A stretch of 64,000 nucleotides of DNA. Source: Mobula hypostoma. Lineage: Eukaryota. The DNA lies in the NCBI RefSeq assembly GCF_963921235.1, contig NC_086097.1, positions 60,018,001 to 60,082,000 on the forward strand, read 5' to 3'. The position numbers and the translations under genes were made by a program. Each line of letters starts with the position of its first letter. Position 1 is the stretch's first letter. A model generated the notes under the pieces. That model was not told the origin of the DNA. It did no database searches and saw only the letters and a program-made list of their open reading frames with translations. Shown in pieces: positions 51,276 through 63,260 of the stretch.

Positions 51276-52219
51276 TTTTATCTTCTTGTCTTAGGTACTG
51301 ACATATACCAGAACCAGTAGCTGTTCATCACCTCCCTTCAGATTACTGTTCAGTTCCTCCTTGACCTGAGCACTACAATTTAATCTCTCTATAGTTTCTT
51401 TAATGAGAAAGAAAGGCAGACATACCCATCTATTCTAACTACCACTCATCTGCTGTCTCTGTCTCCATAGTCAACTCCATCATTGGTACTAGCATCTGTA
51501 GTATCCAAGATATCTTCAAGGAGTGGTGCCTCAGAAAAGTGGATTCCAACATAAGATCATAAGACGTAGGAGCAGAATTAGGCCATTTGGCCCATCGAGT
51601 CTGCTCTGCCATTCATTCATGGCTGATCCTTTTTCCCCTTCCTCAGTCCCACTCACCAGCCTTCTCCCTGTAACCTTTGATGCCATGTCCAATCAAGAAA
51701 CCATCAAGTTCTGCCTTAAATACACCTAACAACCTAGCCTCCACAGCTGCCTGTGGTAATAAATTCTACAAATTCACCACCCTCTGACTAAAGAAATTCT
51801 CCGCATCTCTGTTTTAAATGTATGCCCCTTTATCCTGAAGCTGTGCCCTCTTGTCCTAGACTCCCCCACCATGGGAAACATCTACTTTGTCTAGGCCTTT
51901 CAACATTCCAAAAGTTTCAATGAGATGCCCCCTCCTCATCTTTTTAAATTCCAGTGAGTACAGACCCAGAGCTATCAAATGTTCCTTGTATGATATCCCT
52001 TTCATTCCCAGAATCATCCTTGTGAACCTCCTCTGAATCCTCTCCAATCCAAGCTCACCTTTTCATAGATGAGCTCTAAACTGTTCACAATACTCAAGGT
52101 AAAGCCTCATGTGTACCTTATAAAACCTCAGCATCATATCCCTGCATTCTACACCTCTTGAAATAAATTCTAACATTTCATATGCTTTCCTCACTACTAA
52201 CTCTACCTGCAAGTTAACT

Positions 52220-52305
52220 GACGAAGGGTTCCAGCCCGAAACGTCGACTGATCTTTTCCACGGATGCTGCTCGACCTGCGGAGTTCCTCCAGCGTGTTGA
52301 GAGTG
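52220..52305 (+). mobile_element. 86-bp young Penelope-tail insert with TAACT TSD, inside CR1
   Basis: TAACT at 52215-52219 and 52306-52310. CpG-rich insert (CT)GACGAAGGGTTCCAGCCCGAAACGTCGACTG... Confidence 0.88.
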
Positions 52306-54206
52306 TAACTTTTTGGTGTTCTGCACAAGGACTCTCAAATCCCTTTGCATCTCAGATTTTTTCAATTTTCTGCCCGTTTAGAAAATAGTCTGCACCTTTA
52401 TTTCTACTACCAAACCACATGACCATGCATTTTTTCAACATTGTAGTTCATTTGCCACTATCTTGCCAATTCTCCATATCTGTATGTCCTTCTGCAGCCT
52501 ACCTGTTTCCTCAGCACAATCTGCCCCTCCACCAATCTTTGTATCATCTGCAAACTTGGAAACAAAGCCATCTATTCCATCATCTAAATCACTGATAGAG
52601 ACCATAAAAAGCAGTCTCAACAGTGACCCCTGCAGAACACCACTATCCAACCAGAAAATGATCCTTTTATTCCCACTCGCTGCCTCCCACCAGTCAGTCA
52701 ATACTCTAACCACGCCAGTAACTTTTCTGTAATGTCATGGGCTCTTAACTTGGTAAGCAGCCTCATGAGTGGCACCTTGTCAGAAGCCTTCTGAAAGTCC
52801 AAATATGCAACATCCATTACATTCCCTTTATCGATCCTATCTGTAATTTCCTCAAAAAATTCCAGAAGTTTCTTCAGGCAAGATTTTCCCTTAAGGAAAC
52901 CTTACTGACGTTGTCCTATCTTGTTCTGTGTCACCAAGTGCTCCATAATCGCATCCTTATCAATTGACTCCAATATCTTCCCAACCCCTGAGATCAGGCT
53001 AATTGGACTATAATTTGCTTTCTGCTGCTTCCTCCTTTCTTAAAGAGTGGAATGGCAATTGCAATATTCCAATCCTCTGGCACCATGCCAGTGTCTAATG
53101 ATTTTTGAACGATCATTACTAATGCCTCACAGTCTCTACCTCTATCTCTTTTAGAATCCCAGACTGCAGTCCATCCTGGGTCTTGCAGCATTTTAGCTCC
53201 TACTTCCTTGTAATAGTAACTGCACTCACTTCTCTTCCCTCACACCCTTCAACATCTGGCACACTGCTTATGTCTTCCGCAGAGAAGACAAATGCAAAAT
53301 ACTCATTGAGTTCATCTGCCATCTCCTTGGCCCCATTACTATTTCTCTGGCCTCAGTTTCTTATGGTCCTATATCCACTGCAATCTCACTTTTTTTTTTC
53401 ATACTTGAAAAAGCTTTTACTATCCACTTTGATGTTGTTTGCTAGCTTGCTTTCATATTTCATCTTTCCCTCCTAATGATTCTTCAGGAAGGTTTTAAAA
53501 GCTTCCCTATCCTCTCTGGAGGGTTTTAAAAATTTCCCCAGTCTTCCATCTTTCCACTATTATTTGCTTTGTTGTGTGCCCTCTCCTTTGCTTATGCATT
53601 AGCTTTGACTTTACTTGTCAGCCGCAGTTGTACTCATTTTTCATAGAAACTCATACCATTGCTATTCTGCTGTCATCCCTGCGAGCATTTCCTTCTAATT
53701 TTCTTTGGCCAACTCCACTCTCAAACCACTGAAACACTGCTACATCAGACTTTACTTTCTCCCTATCAAATTTAAAGTTGAACTCAATCATATTGTGATC
53801 ACTGCCTCCTAAGGATTCTTTTAGCATAAGCTCCCTAATCACCTCCAGTTCATTACATAACACCCAAACAACTATAACTGATGCCCTAGTAGGCTCAATG
53901 ACAAACTGCTCCAGAAATCCATCTCATAGGCATTCAACAAACTCACTCTTGAGATCCATTTCCAACCTGATTTTCCCCAATCGATCTGTATGTTGAAATT
54001 CCCCACGATTATCATAACATTGCCCTTTTGACACCCCTTTTCTATTTCCCATTGCAATCTATGGTCCACATCCCAGCTACAGTTGGGTGGCCTGTATATG
54101 ACTGCCATCAGGGTCATTTTACCCATGCAGCTTCTTTACTCAACCCACATGGATTCACCAACTTCCAATCTTATGCCACATCTTACTGATTTGATGACAT
54201 TCTTCA

Positions 54207-54677
54207 AATCAGTGCAGGTTAATTCCTGGGATGTCCGGACTGTCTTACGCAGAGAGGTTAGAGAGACTGGGCTTGTACACGCTGGAATTAAGGAGATTGA
54301 GGGGAATCTGATTGAGACATATAAGATTATTAAGGGATTGGACAAGATAGAGGCAGGAAATATGTTCCAGATGCTGGGGGAGTCCAGTACCAGAGGGCAT
54401 GGTTTAATAATAAAGGGTAGGTCATTTAGGACAGAGTTGAGGAGGAACTTCTTCTCCCAGAGAGTTGTGGAGGTGTGGAACGCACTGCCTCAGAAGGCAG
54501 TGGAGGCCAATTCTCTGGATGCTTTCAAGGAGCTAGATAAGTATCTTATGGATAGGGGAATCAAGGGTTATGGGGACAAGGCAGGAACCGGGTATTGATA
54601 GTAGATGATCAGCCATGATCTCAGAATGGCGGTGCAGGCTCGACAGGCCGAATGGTCTACTTCTGCACCTATTGTCT
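54207..54677 (+). mobile_element. Young CR1 3' fragment inserted antisense into the older CR1, with 8-bp TSD
   Basis: ATTCTTCA at 54199-54206 and 54678-54685; GNLIETYKIIKGLDK...FFSQRVVEVWNALP; tail 'tattgtctatt'. Confidence 0.92.
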
Positions 54678-56929
54678 ATTCTTCACCAGGATAGCCATCT
54701 GACACCACCCACCCCCCCCCCCCACCCTGCCACCTACCTTCCTATCCCTCCAATACAATGTGTAACCTTGGACATTCAACTCCCAACTACAACTATCCTT
54801 CAGCCACAACATCATACCCGACAATCTGTAATAGTATGACAAGATCATCCACCTTGTTTCTTATACTCCATGCACTGAGATATAACACTTTGAGTGCCGC
54901 ATTTGCTACCCTTTTAGATTCTGCATTCCTAATGCACTGATACTCAACCTGCTGACTGCAATTATGTCCTATCATCTGCCTACCCTTCCTGACAGTCTGA
55001 CTCCATGCTATCTTTGCCTTTTTACCATCTGTCCTATCTTAAGTCCCTTCACTCCAGATCTCAACCCGCTGTCAAATTAGTTTAAACCCTCCCCAACAGC
55101 TCTAACAAACCTGCCCGCAAGAATATTGGTTCTTCTCGGGTCAGAAGCAACACCTCACTTTTGAACAGGTCACATCTCCCCCCAAAGAGATCCCAATAAT
55201 CCAGGAACCTGAAGCCCTACACTCTGCATCAGCTTCTCAGCCAAGCATTAATTGGCCAAATCATCCTGTTTCTACCCTCACTGGTCATGGCACAGGCTGC
55301 AATCTGGAAATTACTGCCCACGAGGTCCTGCTTCTCAGCTTTCTACATAGCTCTCTAAACTCTCTTTACAGGACCTCTGATTTTTCTTCCTATGTCATTG
55401 GTACCAATATGTACCAAGACATCTGGCTGCTCTCCCTCCCTCTCCAAAATGTTGTGGATATGATCTGAGACGTCCCTGACCCTGGCATCTGGGAGGCAAC
55501 ATACCATTTCAGTGTTCTGTTCATGTCCACAGATCTCCTGTCTGTTTCTCTGACTATTGACTCCCCTATCACTACCACTTATCTTTCCCTTCTGCACCAC
55601 AGACCCATGCTCAGTGCCAGTCACCCAGTCTCTGTGGTATTCCTCTGGGACATCTTCTCCCACAACAGCATTCAAAATGGTATACTTATTATTGGGGGAA
55701 TGGCCACAGGGATCCTCTGTGCCAACTGCTTATTCACATTTCTATTTCTCCTGACAGTCATCCATCTACTCTTCTCCTGTAACTTTATGCTGACTACTTC
55801 CCTGTAACTCTGATTATCTCATTTTACTGTACAAGCTGAAGGTCGTCCAGCTGCTGCTCCACATCCCTAACACAGTCTTCAAGGAGCTGCAGCCGGATGC
55901 ACTTCATGCAGATGTATTTCCTTGGGAGACCCTGGGTCCAGCATCCGGCATGAAGAACACACAACAGCCATGTACTACACCAGGAAAAAAAAAGGGAAAC
56001 CTTAACATAAGCTTACCCAGAACCAATATCTCTTTTGAACCAAAGCCTCCTTTGTGCCCAAGTTTGAGACTCCTATTCTCCTCACTGGCCCACTCCCAAC
56101 AATGTCCATCCTGCTCGTCCCTTCTATACTTTTCTAGGAGATAGGCGACGCTTCTTTAAATGTTTTGAACTGTGATGTCAAAACTGGACCTCCCTCTTTG
56201 TCTCTTGGTAATGTCTGAGAATATACCTCCCCGCACTACTCTACTTGTTCTGGATATCTAACCTTTCGAATTTCTGCAACTATCTGCATCTTCTGTAGAT
56301 CTAGTGACTCCCTTCTTTACCTTAAATTTCTGTGATTGGAATTCCATTCTATTATACACATGCATGAAAACTATTAGATGGAGAGAGATCACCTGATGAC
56401 TTCTCTTCACTCCATTACCTTGAGGTATTGAAAATAATTACAATATCCCGAGAAGTAGCTTTCCTTGTTCAGGGTAACTTAAGCGAATGGGTGCAACTTA
56501 TTTAGTTTCTCACTGGACAGGTTCCAGTGGCAGCAGGTGAACCACAAAGTGCATTTTTAAAGACTTTTGATTAATAACATTTCATTCCCAGCTGCACTAT
56601 TGTGCTACTGCCTTCAAATTAGTTACTATTATTTTTAACATTTTCATTGGAGAACAGACACCTGGAAAATTGCCCTGTGCAGCAGCTACACTGAGTGTGA
56701 AAGAGAGTGCTGAACATGCTTCACACCGGAGGGCCCCTGAAGCAAGGTCAGAATGATTGGAACATTGCATCTGATTTGGTCTATCCTGCTAAATATTTCT
56801 AGTATTTTCTGTTTTTAATTACAATTACTCTAGCTCTCTCTGGATTTAGTTTGATGGATTAGAGCCAATTAATATTGGTCATTAAATATCCAAACTGAGG
56901 TCCTTATTTCATCTATTTCCTCTGGGTTT

Positions 56930-57250
56930 CCCACCCCCCCCCCCACCCTTGTCTTTCTCCCTGGGCCTCCTGTCCCATGATCCTCTCATATCCCTTTTGC
57001 CAATCACCAGTCCAGCTCTTGGCTCCATCCCTCCCCCGCCTGTCTTCTCCTATCATTTTGGATCTCCCCCTCCCCCTCCAACTTTCAAATCCCTTACTCA
57101 CTCTTCCTTCAGTTAGTCCTGACGAAGGGTCTCGGCCTGAAACGTCGACTGTACCTCTTCCTAGAGATGCTGCCTGGCCTGCTGCGTTCACCAGCAACTT
57201 TGATGTGTGTTGCTTGAATTTCCAGCGTCTGCAGAATTCCTGTTGTTTCC
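56930..57250 (+). mobile_element. Young Penelope 3' pseudo-LTR fragment
   Basis: Pyrimidine-rich region plus tail homologous to 26330-26630, with CpGs retained. Confidence 0.9.
57114..57151 (+). ncRNA. Minimal type I hammerhead ribozyme motif
   Basis: TAGTC-CTGACGA-AGGGTCTCGGCCT-GAAA-CGTC^GACTG: CUGANGA and GAAA boxes, stem II, stem I (TAGTC/GACTG), palindromic ACGT stem III and a GUC cleavage triplet. Confidence 0.8.
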
Positions 57251-57719
57251 CTTTCCAGTCTGAGGACATATTACTGTATGTACCCTCAGCCTTTATTTTC
57301 TGATACTTTTACATTGAAAATCTGTATATTTGTGATCAAAAGAAAAGTTGCAAGGTGTAGAAAGGTATTTAAATGTAAATCGCTATCTGTGGATGACAAC
57401 AGAATTTCAAATAGCTGATCAGCCAACAGAGAAAAAAAATCACTCTGAATCTTTTAAGGTGTCAGGGGAAAATTCAGTTATTGTAGTGATGAAAACAGAG
57501 TAACATGCATTATTCAGTGGCCTACATTTTTTTTCTGTCTTTCAAGTGATTCACGTACATCATTAGTTCCTTACATTGTTGAATGATATGTGATTTCAGA
57601 GTCACTTATACTTTTTGGCTATTTTTTGTTGCATGTCCAAATCATTATTCTGTACCTTTAAGCAAAACAAAAAAAATGAAACATTTGATGGCTGCTAATA
57701 TATTAGGATGTCCAACTTG

Positions 57720-57965
57720 CTATTAGTGGTTATTAATAGTACTGACCATAAAACTATCAGACTGTCTTTAAAACACATCTGGCTTTCTTGTGTAATCTAA
57801 AGAAGAAAAGCTGCTATCCTGAAATAATTTGTATTTATTTCCAAATCCTTGGCAATGTGGCTGAGTCTTAATCACGCTCTAATTTGCCTTAGCAAACAAC
57901 TTGGTTCAATTGCAATTAGGAATGGGTAGCAAGTTACACTCATGCCCCAGAAATGAATTAATAAA
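57720..57965 (+). mobile_element. Very old SINE remnant
   Basis: 'gaccataaaactatcagactgtctttaaaacacatctgg...gcaatgtggctgagtcttaa...gcaattaggaatggg...aatgaattaataaa' resembles a common shark SINE 3' half. Recalled, not aligned. Confidence 0.45.
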
Positions 57966-58221
57966 CTATTAGTGAAGGCATAAAAGGCTGCCAAAGTCAT
58001 GGAGGTAGGGCTTACAGGTTGATATAAAGGTTCAATCAAAACCAAATGATATGCCACTGTTCACATGGCTTAGCTCTGCTTGAGCCAGCCACCGAGTATA
58101 GCTACAGTGAGTGACAATCTACTGAGTGACAACACTAACACTGAGTGCCAGTTGAGAGGAAGTTCAACTGACAAGAAAGTACATTGACAGTGTAAGGGAA
58201 GTTAACAGACTCAGAAAAAGT

Positions 58222-58475
58222 CTATAAGACCGTAGAATAGAGGCAGAATTAGGCTATTTGGCCCATCGAGTCTGCACCACCATTTCTTCATGGTTGATCC
58301 ATTTTCCTCTCAGCTGCAATCTCCTGCTTTCCCCCAGTATTCTTTCATGCCCTAACCAATCAAGAATCTACAAACCTCAGCCTTAAATATACATAAAGAC
58401 TTGGCCTCCACAGCGGCCTGTGGCAACAAATTCCATAGATTCACCACTCCTTATCTAAAGAAATTCCTCTTCATG
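58222..58475 (-). mobile_element. CR1 3' end fragment
   Basis: Homologous to 51548-51800. Confidence 0.9.
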
Positions 58476-58669
58476 AAGTCATTAGATATACAAACACAAG
58501 AACATGCATTAGATATGAATTAGAGATGAATTACCCTTGAGAAAAATCATTAGATAGTGACCGTATATGTTCAAAGACCTGATAAAATGGATACATTTGC
58601 CAATGGCTGGCTTTAGGATTGGTGAAAAGGACTGGGAGAAATACAAAGCAAAGATATTTAAGGCAGGGT

Positions 58670-59520
58670 TTAGGAGCTTAGGAGGACGATGGCTCCTAAC
58701 AGCGACTCCTTTGCTTGCATCTTCGGAAACAGCTCTATTTCCATCTTTAATATCTCTATTTTTCCCTTTAACCCTGACCTGGAATTACACGCCGACTTTG
58801 GTTCTTTGCGGAGATGGGACCCGCTCTCTGGGTTTCACGACTGACCACTATTCGATATGCCAGGGACACAGCCTAGAAGACTAGTGTACCTTCTGGGTTC
58901 TGGGATTTCATGGCTTTGGAGCGCAGGCAGACTTGAGGTCGGTGCCACTGCAGAAAACTAGTGTGTCGTGGGAGACGGAAGATCAAAAGCAGCAAAAACA
59001 GCAAGCTGGCTGCGTGCCCAGAGACTCACATTCTTTGGGCACAGAGCTTGGAAGAAGCAACACAACAGCCTTTCAACACCATAAATCAGCGAGTTGTTTT
59101 GTTATGCCTCCCCTCTCACTGTGAAATGAGGACACTTCTTTCCCCTTATGAGAGACAGAGACACAGAGACACAGAGACACAGAGACACAGAGACACAGAG
59201 ACACAGAGAGACGTCAAATTACCAGGTTAACAAGTAGACTTTAGGGTACTGCAGGCCTGTGTCTCTACTGATGCTTTGCTGCATGCTTGAGTGCTCAGGG
59301 GGGAGGTGTCATTGTTTTTTTTTTACAGGTGGATGGGTATTGTTGCTTTGCTGCTGCTTGTGCATGGGAGGGGGCAGTTGGGGTGGGTTTTGTGGTTCTA
59401 ACATTTAACTATCATTTATTCTTTGGGGCATTCCTCTGTTTTTGTGGATGATTGTGAAGAGAAATAATTTCAATATGTATATTGTATACATTTCTCTGAC
59501 ATTAGAAGTACCTATTGAAA
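58670..59520 (+). mobile_element. ~850-bp non-coding retroposon with Rex1-like termini
   Basis: Begins 'ggaggacgatggc'. Its 3' half is homologous to 7988-8640 (-). No coding homology seen. Confidence 0.65.
59150..59212. repeat. (AGAGACAC)n octamer microsatellite, about 6 perfect units
   Basis: Directly visible tandem array. Confidence 0.97.
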
Positions 59521-59866
59521 GAGAAAATCATGGTTCCTGAAGCACTCATGCTGCAGTGTGGGGAAGCCCACAATGGCAGTTGCATAGAGCTGGACAACAG
59601 ATTAGAGGTGGTGGTATAGTGGTGGTGAGTGGAGGTTAGTCGGTTTGAAATTATATACTCAGCTGTCTCAAAGGCTGTGCAGAGTGCAGGGGGCAAGAGA
59701 AATGATAACTTAGGATCATATTTAGACTTACTACTTTAGAAAAGGTGTTGAAGCTCTGGCCTTGTAGTGATCTTGAATGATGTGTTTTTTAAAAAAGTAG
59801 GGAAAACAGTGAAACAACTAGGTTCACTGCATATGCCAGTGATGTTAAACCTAACTCTGATTCTGA

Positions 59867-60720
59867 AAATACATAATTACTGAAATTTTAAAGAAGAAAG
59901 CTGGCTCGTAGTGAGAGTTATGAAGAGGTTGTGGTTTAGACAAAGACGCAAGTGGTTCCCAAAGGCGGCCTACTATTGTGAGCATTAAGAACAGGAGAGA
60001 AAACCATGAAATTTGGAGTAAATATGGGAGAAAAAAAAAAATCAAGATGAAAAGAAACAAAGTGAAGTTAGATTTACGAGGATCACCTCTTTTAAAATAT
60101 ATTTGCAACATCAATGTAGCTTAGCAGCTGCACAGAAGTAAAATGTCCCTAGGTACCTACCAGCAGTTTAAATAGTTAGAATTATCAGGTAATTTGATAT
60201 TGTGGTGGGTGTCAGCAAAGATAGCTGTATAGTGGAGATTATTCTGACTGGTTGCATTATAGAGTAGTATGGAGGATCCAATGGGACTGCAGAGGGAAGA
60301 GTTGGAACAAGTGCTGACAAGTGATAGGTGCATCCAGAGGTGAAGGGGTGATAGGCAGACTGAGGAAGGGAGGGAGAGTGGAAATAACAACAGAGACTGA
60401 GAGGTGATAGGTGGAGGCAACAAGGAACTGATGATAATGGAATCTGATAGGAAACGAAGATTGAGCATGGAACCAAATAGAGTCTGGGTGGGTAGTTGGT
60501 GAGAACCCACGTTTCTTTTCGGTTTATTTTATCTTGATTTCTTTATCTCCCATATTTACTCCAAATGTCTTGGTTTTCTCTCCTGTGCTTAATGCTCCCA
60601 AAAGTAGGCCTTCTTTGGGCACCATTTATGTCTTTGTCTAAACCACAATCATTATTCATCTCTTCATAACTCTCACTATGAGCCAGTTCTCTTCTTTAAA
60701 ATTTCCATAATTAAGTATTT
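59867..60720. repeat. Imperfect inverted repeat A (59867-60058) / A' (60511-60720)
   Basis: For example 'gctggctcgtagtgagagttatgaagag' versus 'ctcttcataactctcactatgagccagt'. Confidence 0.9.
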
Positions 60721-61310
60721 TGTAGATTCAGTCAGCTCTATTACAGGCATAATCTCTCCACCAATGAGAACATCTTCAGGAGCTGGTGCCTCAAGAAAGT
60801 GGTGTCCATCATTAAGCACACTCACCAGATGTGACACATCCCCCTTCCTGTATTATAATTAGAGAGGGGATATAGGAGACTGAAGAACCACATTTAATAG
60901 TTCAGGAACAGCTTCTTCCCTCCACCATCACATTTCTGAAAAGTCCTTCCCTGGGTTCCCACCTACTACCTACCCTCCCAGACTCTCTTATTTGGTTCCA
61001 TGCTCAATCTTCCTTTCAGATTCCATCATCTTCAGCTCAATGTTGCCTCCACCTATCACCTCTCAGTCTCTGTTGCAAATTCAACTCTCCCTTCCTCAGT
61101 CTGCCTATCATCCCTCCATATCTGGATGCACCTATCACTTGTCATCTTTCTCCAACTCTTCTACCTTTCAGTCCAAATGAAAGGTCATGACCCAAAATAT
61201 CATTTGCCCACTTCCCTCCACAGAAGCTGCCTGACCCACTGAGTTCTTCTGGCACTTGTTTTTGTTTTGATCCATGTTGCAACATCTGCATTCCATTGTG
61301 TCTCTCTTGC
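60283..61310. repeat. Inverted pair of old Penelope-tail segments B' (60283-60510, -) and B (60952-61165, +), B continuing into a decayed hammerhead tail
   Basis: ORFs 60168..60476 (-) and 60992..61180 (+) both start MVPCSIF and share LPQSAYHP..SGCTYHLS. Confidence 0.88.
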
Positions 61311-61924
61311 TTGAAATCAATTGGATTGTCAATGAAATATGAGGAATCCATCGGCAATGGAACATTACAGGAGGAAGTCACAGAAATTAAGAAATACAAA
61401 GTCATGAAGGAATTAGTAAACAAGAGAACAAGTGCTAAACTGAAGCTTTGCCTAACCAGGAGTAGGATTAATTGAATGAGCCAATAGAGGTTTGTAAGCT
61501 TGACTTCAATGAAGTAAATTGCCAGTTTTCTTCCTGTAACCCTCTAGTGTGTTATCTAAATAACTTTGAGCTTGCACAGTGAGTCTAAACTTCCATGTAA
61601 AACACACTCCTAACTAAATAGATTAAATTATGGTCCACCTTTAGGAGGAAGCATTGTTCTAGTGATATCTCGTTCTTGACAAAACTCTGTCGAACCAAAT
61701 TTCCAGAATTTACTCAGGATCTCCTTAGGAGCCAATGTGCTAATAATTAACTACAAGCTCCTTCAAAGAACTTTGTTTGAAAATGAAGAATGGGAAAATA
61801 CAAATAGTGAGTGTGCTTTGAAGTTCCAGTATCTAAAAAGATAGTCTTGAAATCCAGTCTGCTTGTTGGATATACATGGAAGGTACAATAATAGTCTTGT
61901 TATAAGCACTCTTTGTGATTTTAT

Positions 61925-63260
61925 CAATTCACAGCACAAGAGCTTGTAAGAAATGTACTGGTGTAATCATGGGTGATTTTAATCTCATTAAAGATTGGAC
62001 AAAACAAATTTACCATAATAGCCTTGAGGATAAGTTCATTGAGAATATTTGGGATGTACTGAAAGGAATATGATGAAGAACCGGCCAGAATGCTGGCTGT
62101 TTTTGTTCTGCACGTACACAATGTAATAAGATTAGTTAAAGCTTTCAGAATAAATTAGTAATCAGAGCATTTTAGAACCTCTAATTCAGTTTGAAGTTGA
62201 GAACCTTGGGCTTGAAACTGGTAAACCAGTTTAAATAGAGACTATTACATAGGTAGAAGAATGGACATAGTTATAGTGGATTAGGAAAATCAATTAAACA
62301 GTAAGATAGTAGCTCAGTAGTGGTAGACTTTCAAGGCGATAGCCTCTACCAAAGGGATACAATATGTTGTGACTGACTAAGATATTCAGGATGGCATTAT
62401 TTTGAAAGGAAATGCAAAGAGTAGCAGGAGTTTGGTGGAATGGGACATTTTTAGTAACCTACATAGTTTGGACAAAGTTTAAATAAGAATAGTAAATGAA
62501 AGCAAATAACATAAAAACAGGCAGTAGGAACTTTCAGATATGTAGAAACGGAAGAGTAGTAAACTACACATTGGTCACTTTGAGGATGAGACTAAAGAAC
62601 TAGTAATAGAAATAGAGGAAGTAGCTACTTTGGATTGATTTTCAGAGTACAGGACAGTAAAACCATCCAAATAATGATTAATACATTTAGGGAAGATTTC
62701 GGAAGATGGTTGTTTTACAGAGAGGGAGGTAAAAATGGAGCATTATAGGCTATGTAGAAGGGAAGGTTTAGATTGATCATGAAGTATGCTTATATGGGTT
62801 TGTACAACATCATGGGCTGAAGGGTTTGTACTGTGCTATAGTGTTCAATATTCTATATTCATTACTAAAGAAAATGCAGTGGGCAAATTAGAACCAAAAG
62901 CTGCAAATCCCTCTGGACCTGATGGCCTTCTAACAGCTGAAGAGAAATGGCTGCAAGAGGTAGAGGATATTTGGTTGCAATCTGGTGAATTCTCTAGGTT
63001 TTGGATAGATATTAATCTGCATGGAAAATAAAGGACTGGCGTGCAGTTAAGAAAGGAAACGGAATGTTGGCCATTATTGCAACACTGTTTGGAGTGTAAA
63101 AGTAAAAATATTTTGAAGCAACTTCACTGGGCAGTGGTGAGATCACACATTATATATTGCAGACAGTTTTGATCTACATATTTAAGCACTCATGGTGCTG
63201 CACTGCATTGGAGGCAGCACTGAAAACATTCACTATGTTGATTCACAGGAAGAAGGGGCT
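61925..63260 (+). mobile_element. Highly degenerate CR1 ORF2 with a nested CR1 3' piece (~62690-62855)
   Basis: 'gtaatcatgggtgattttaat' (VIMGDFN), 'cctctggacctgatggcctt' (GPDG), 'gtggtgagatcacacatta' (VRPHL). Confidence 0.7.

Larger units (their letters stand above)
51548..56100 (-). mobile_element. Near full-length degenerate CR1 LINE including ORF1
   Basis: ORF1 zinc finger/zipper (KYICMKCIRLQLLEDCVRDVEQQLDDL, ~55830-55920) and SGNH esterase motifs (VVIGESIVR; LVHIGTNDIG). ORF2 APE (LYLSAWSIRNKVDDL; VIYRPPN; GGSDHNMIEF) and RT (KFADDTK). (TCTTATG)-type tail at 51548. Confidence 0.93.

Noticed and set aside
59150..59212. Regular repeat as a CRISPR-like array or coding repeat
   Set aside because: Spacerless octamer microsatellite in a eukaryotic context.
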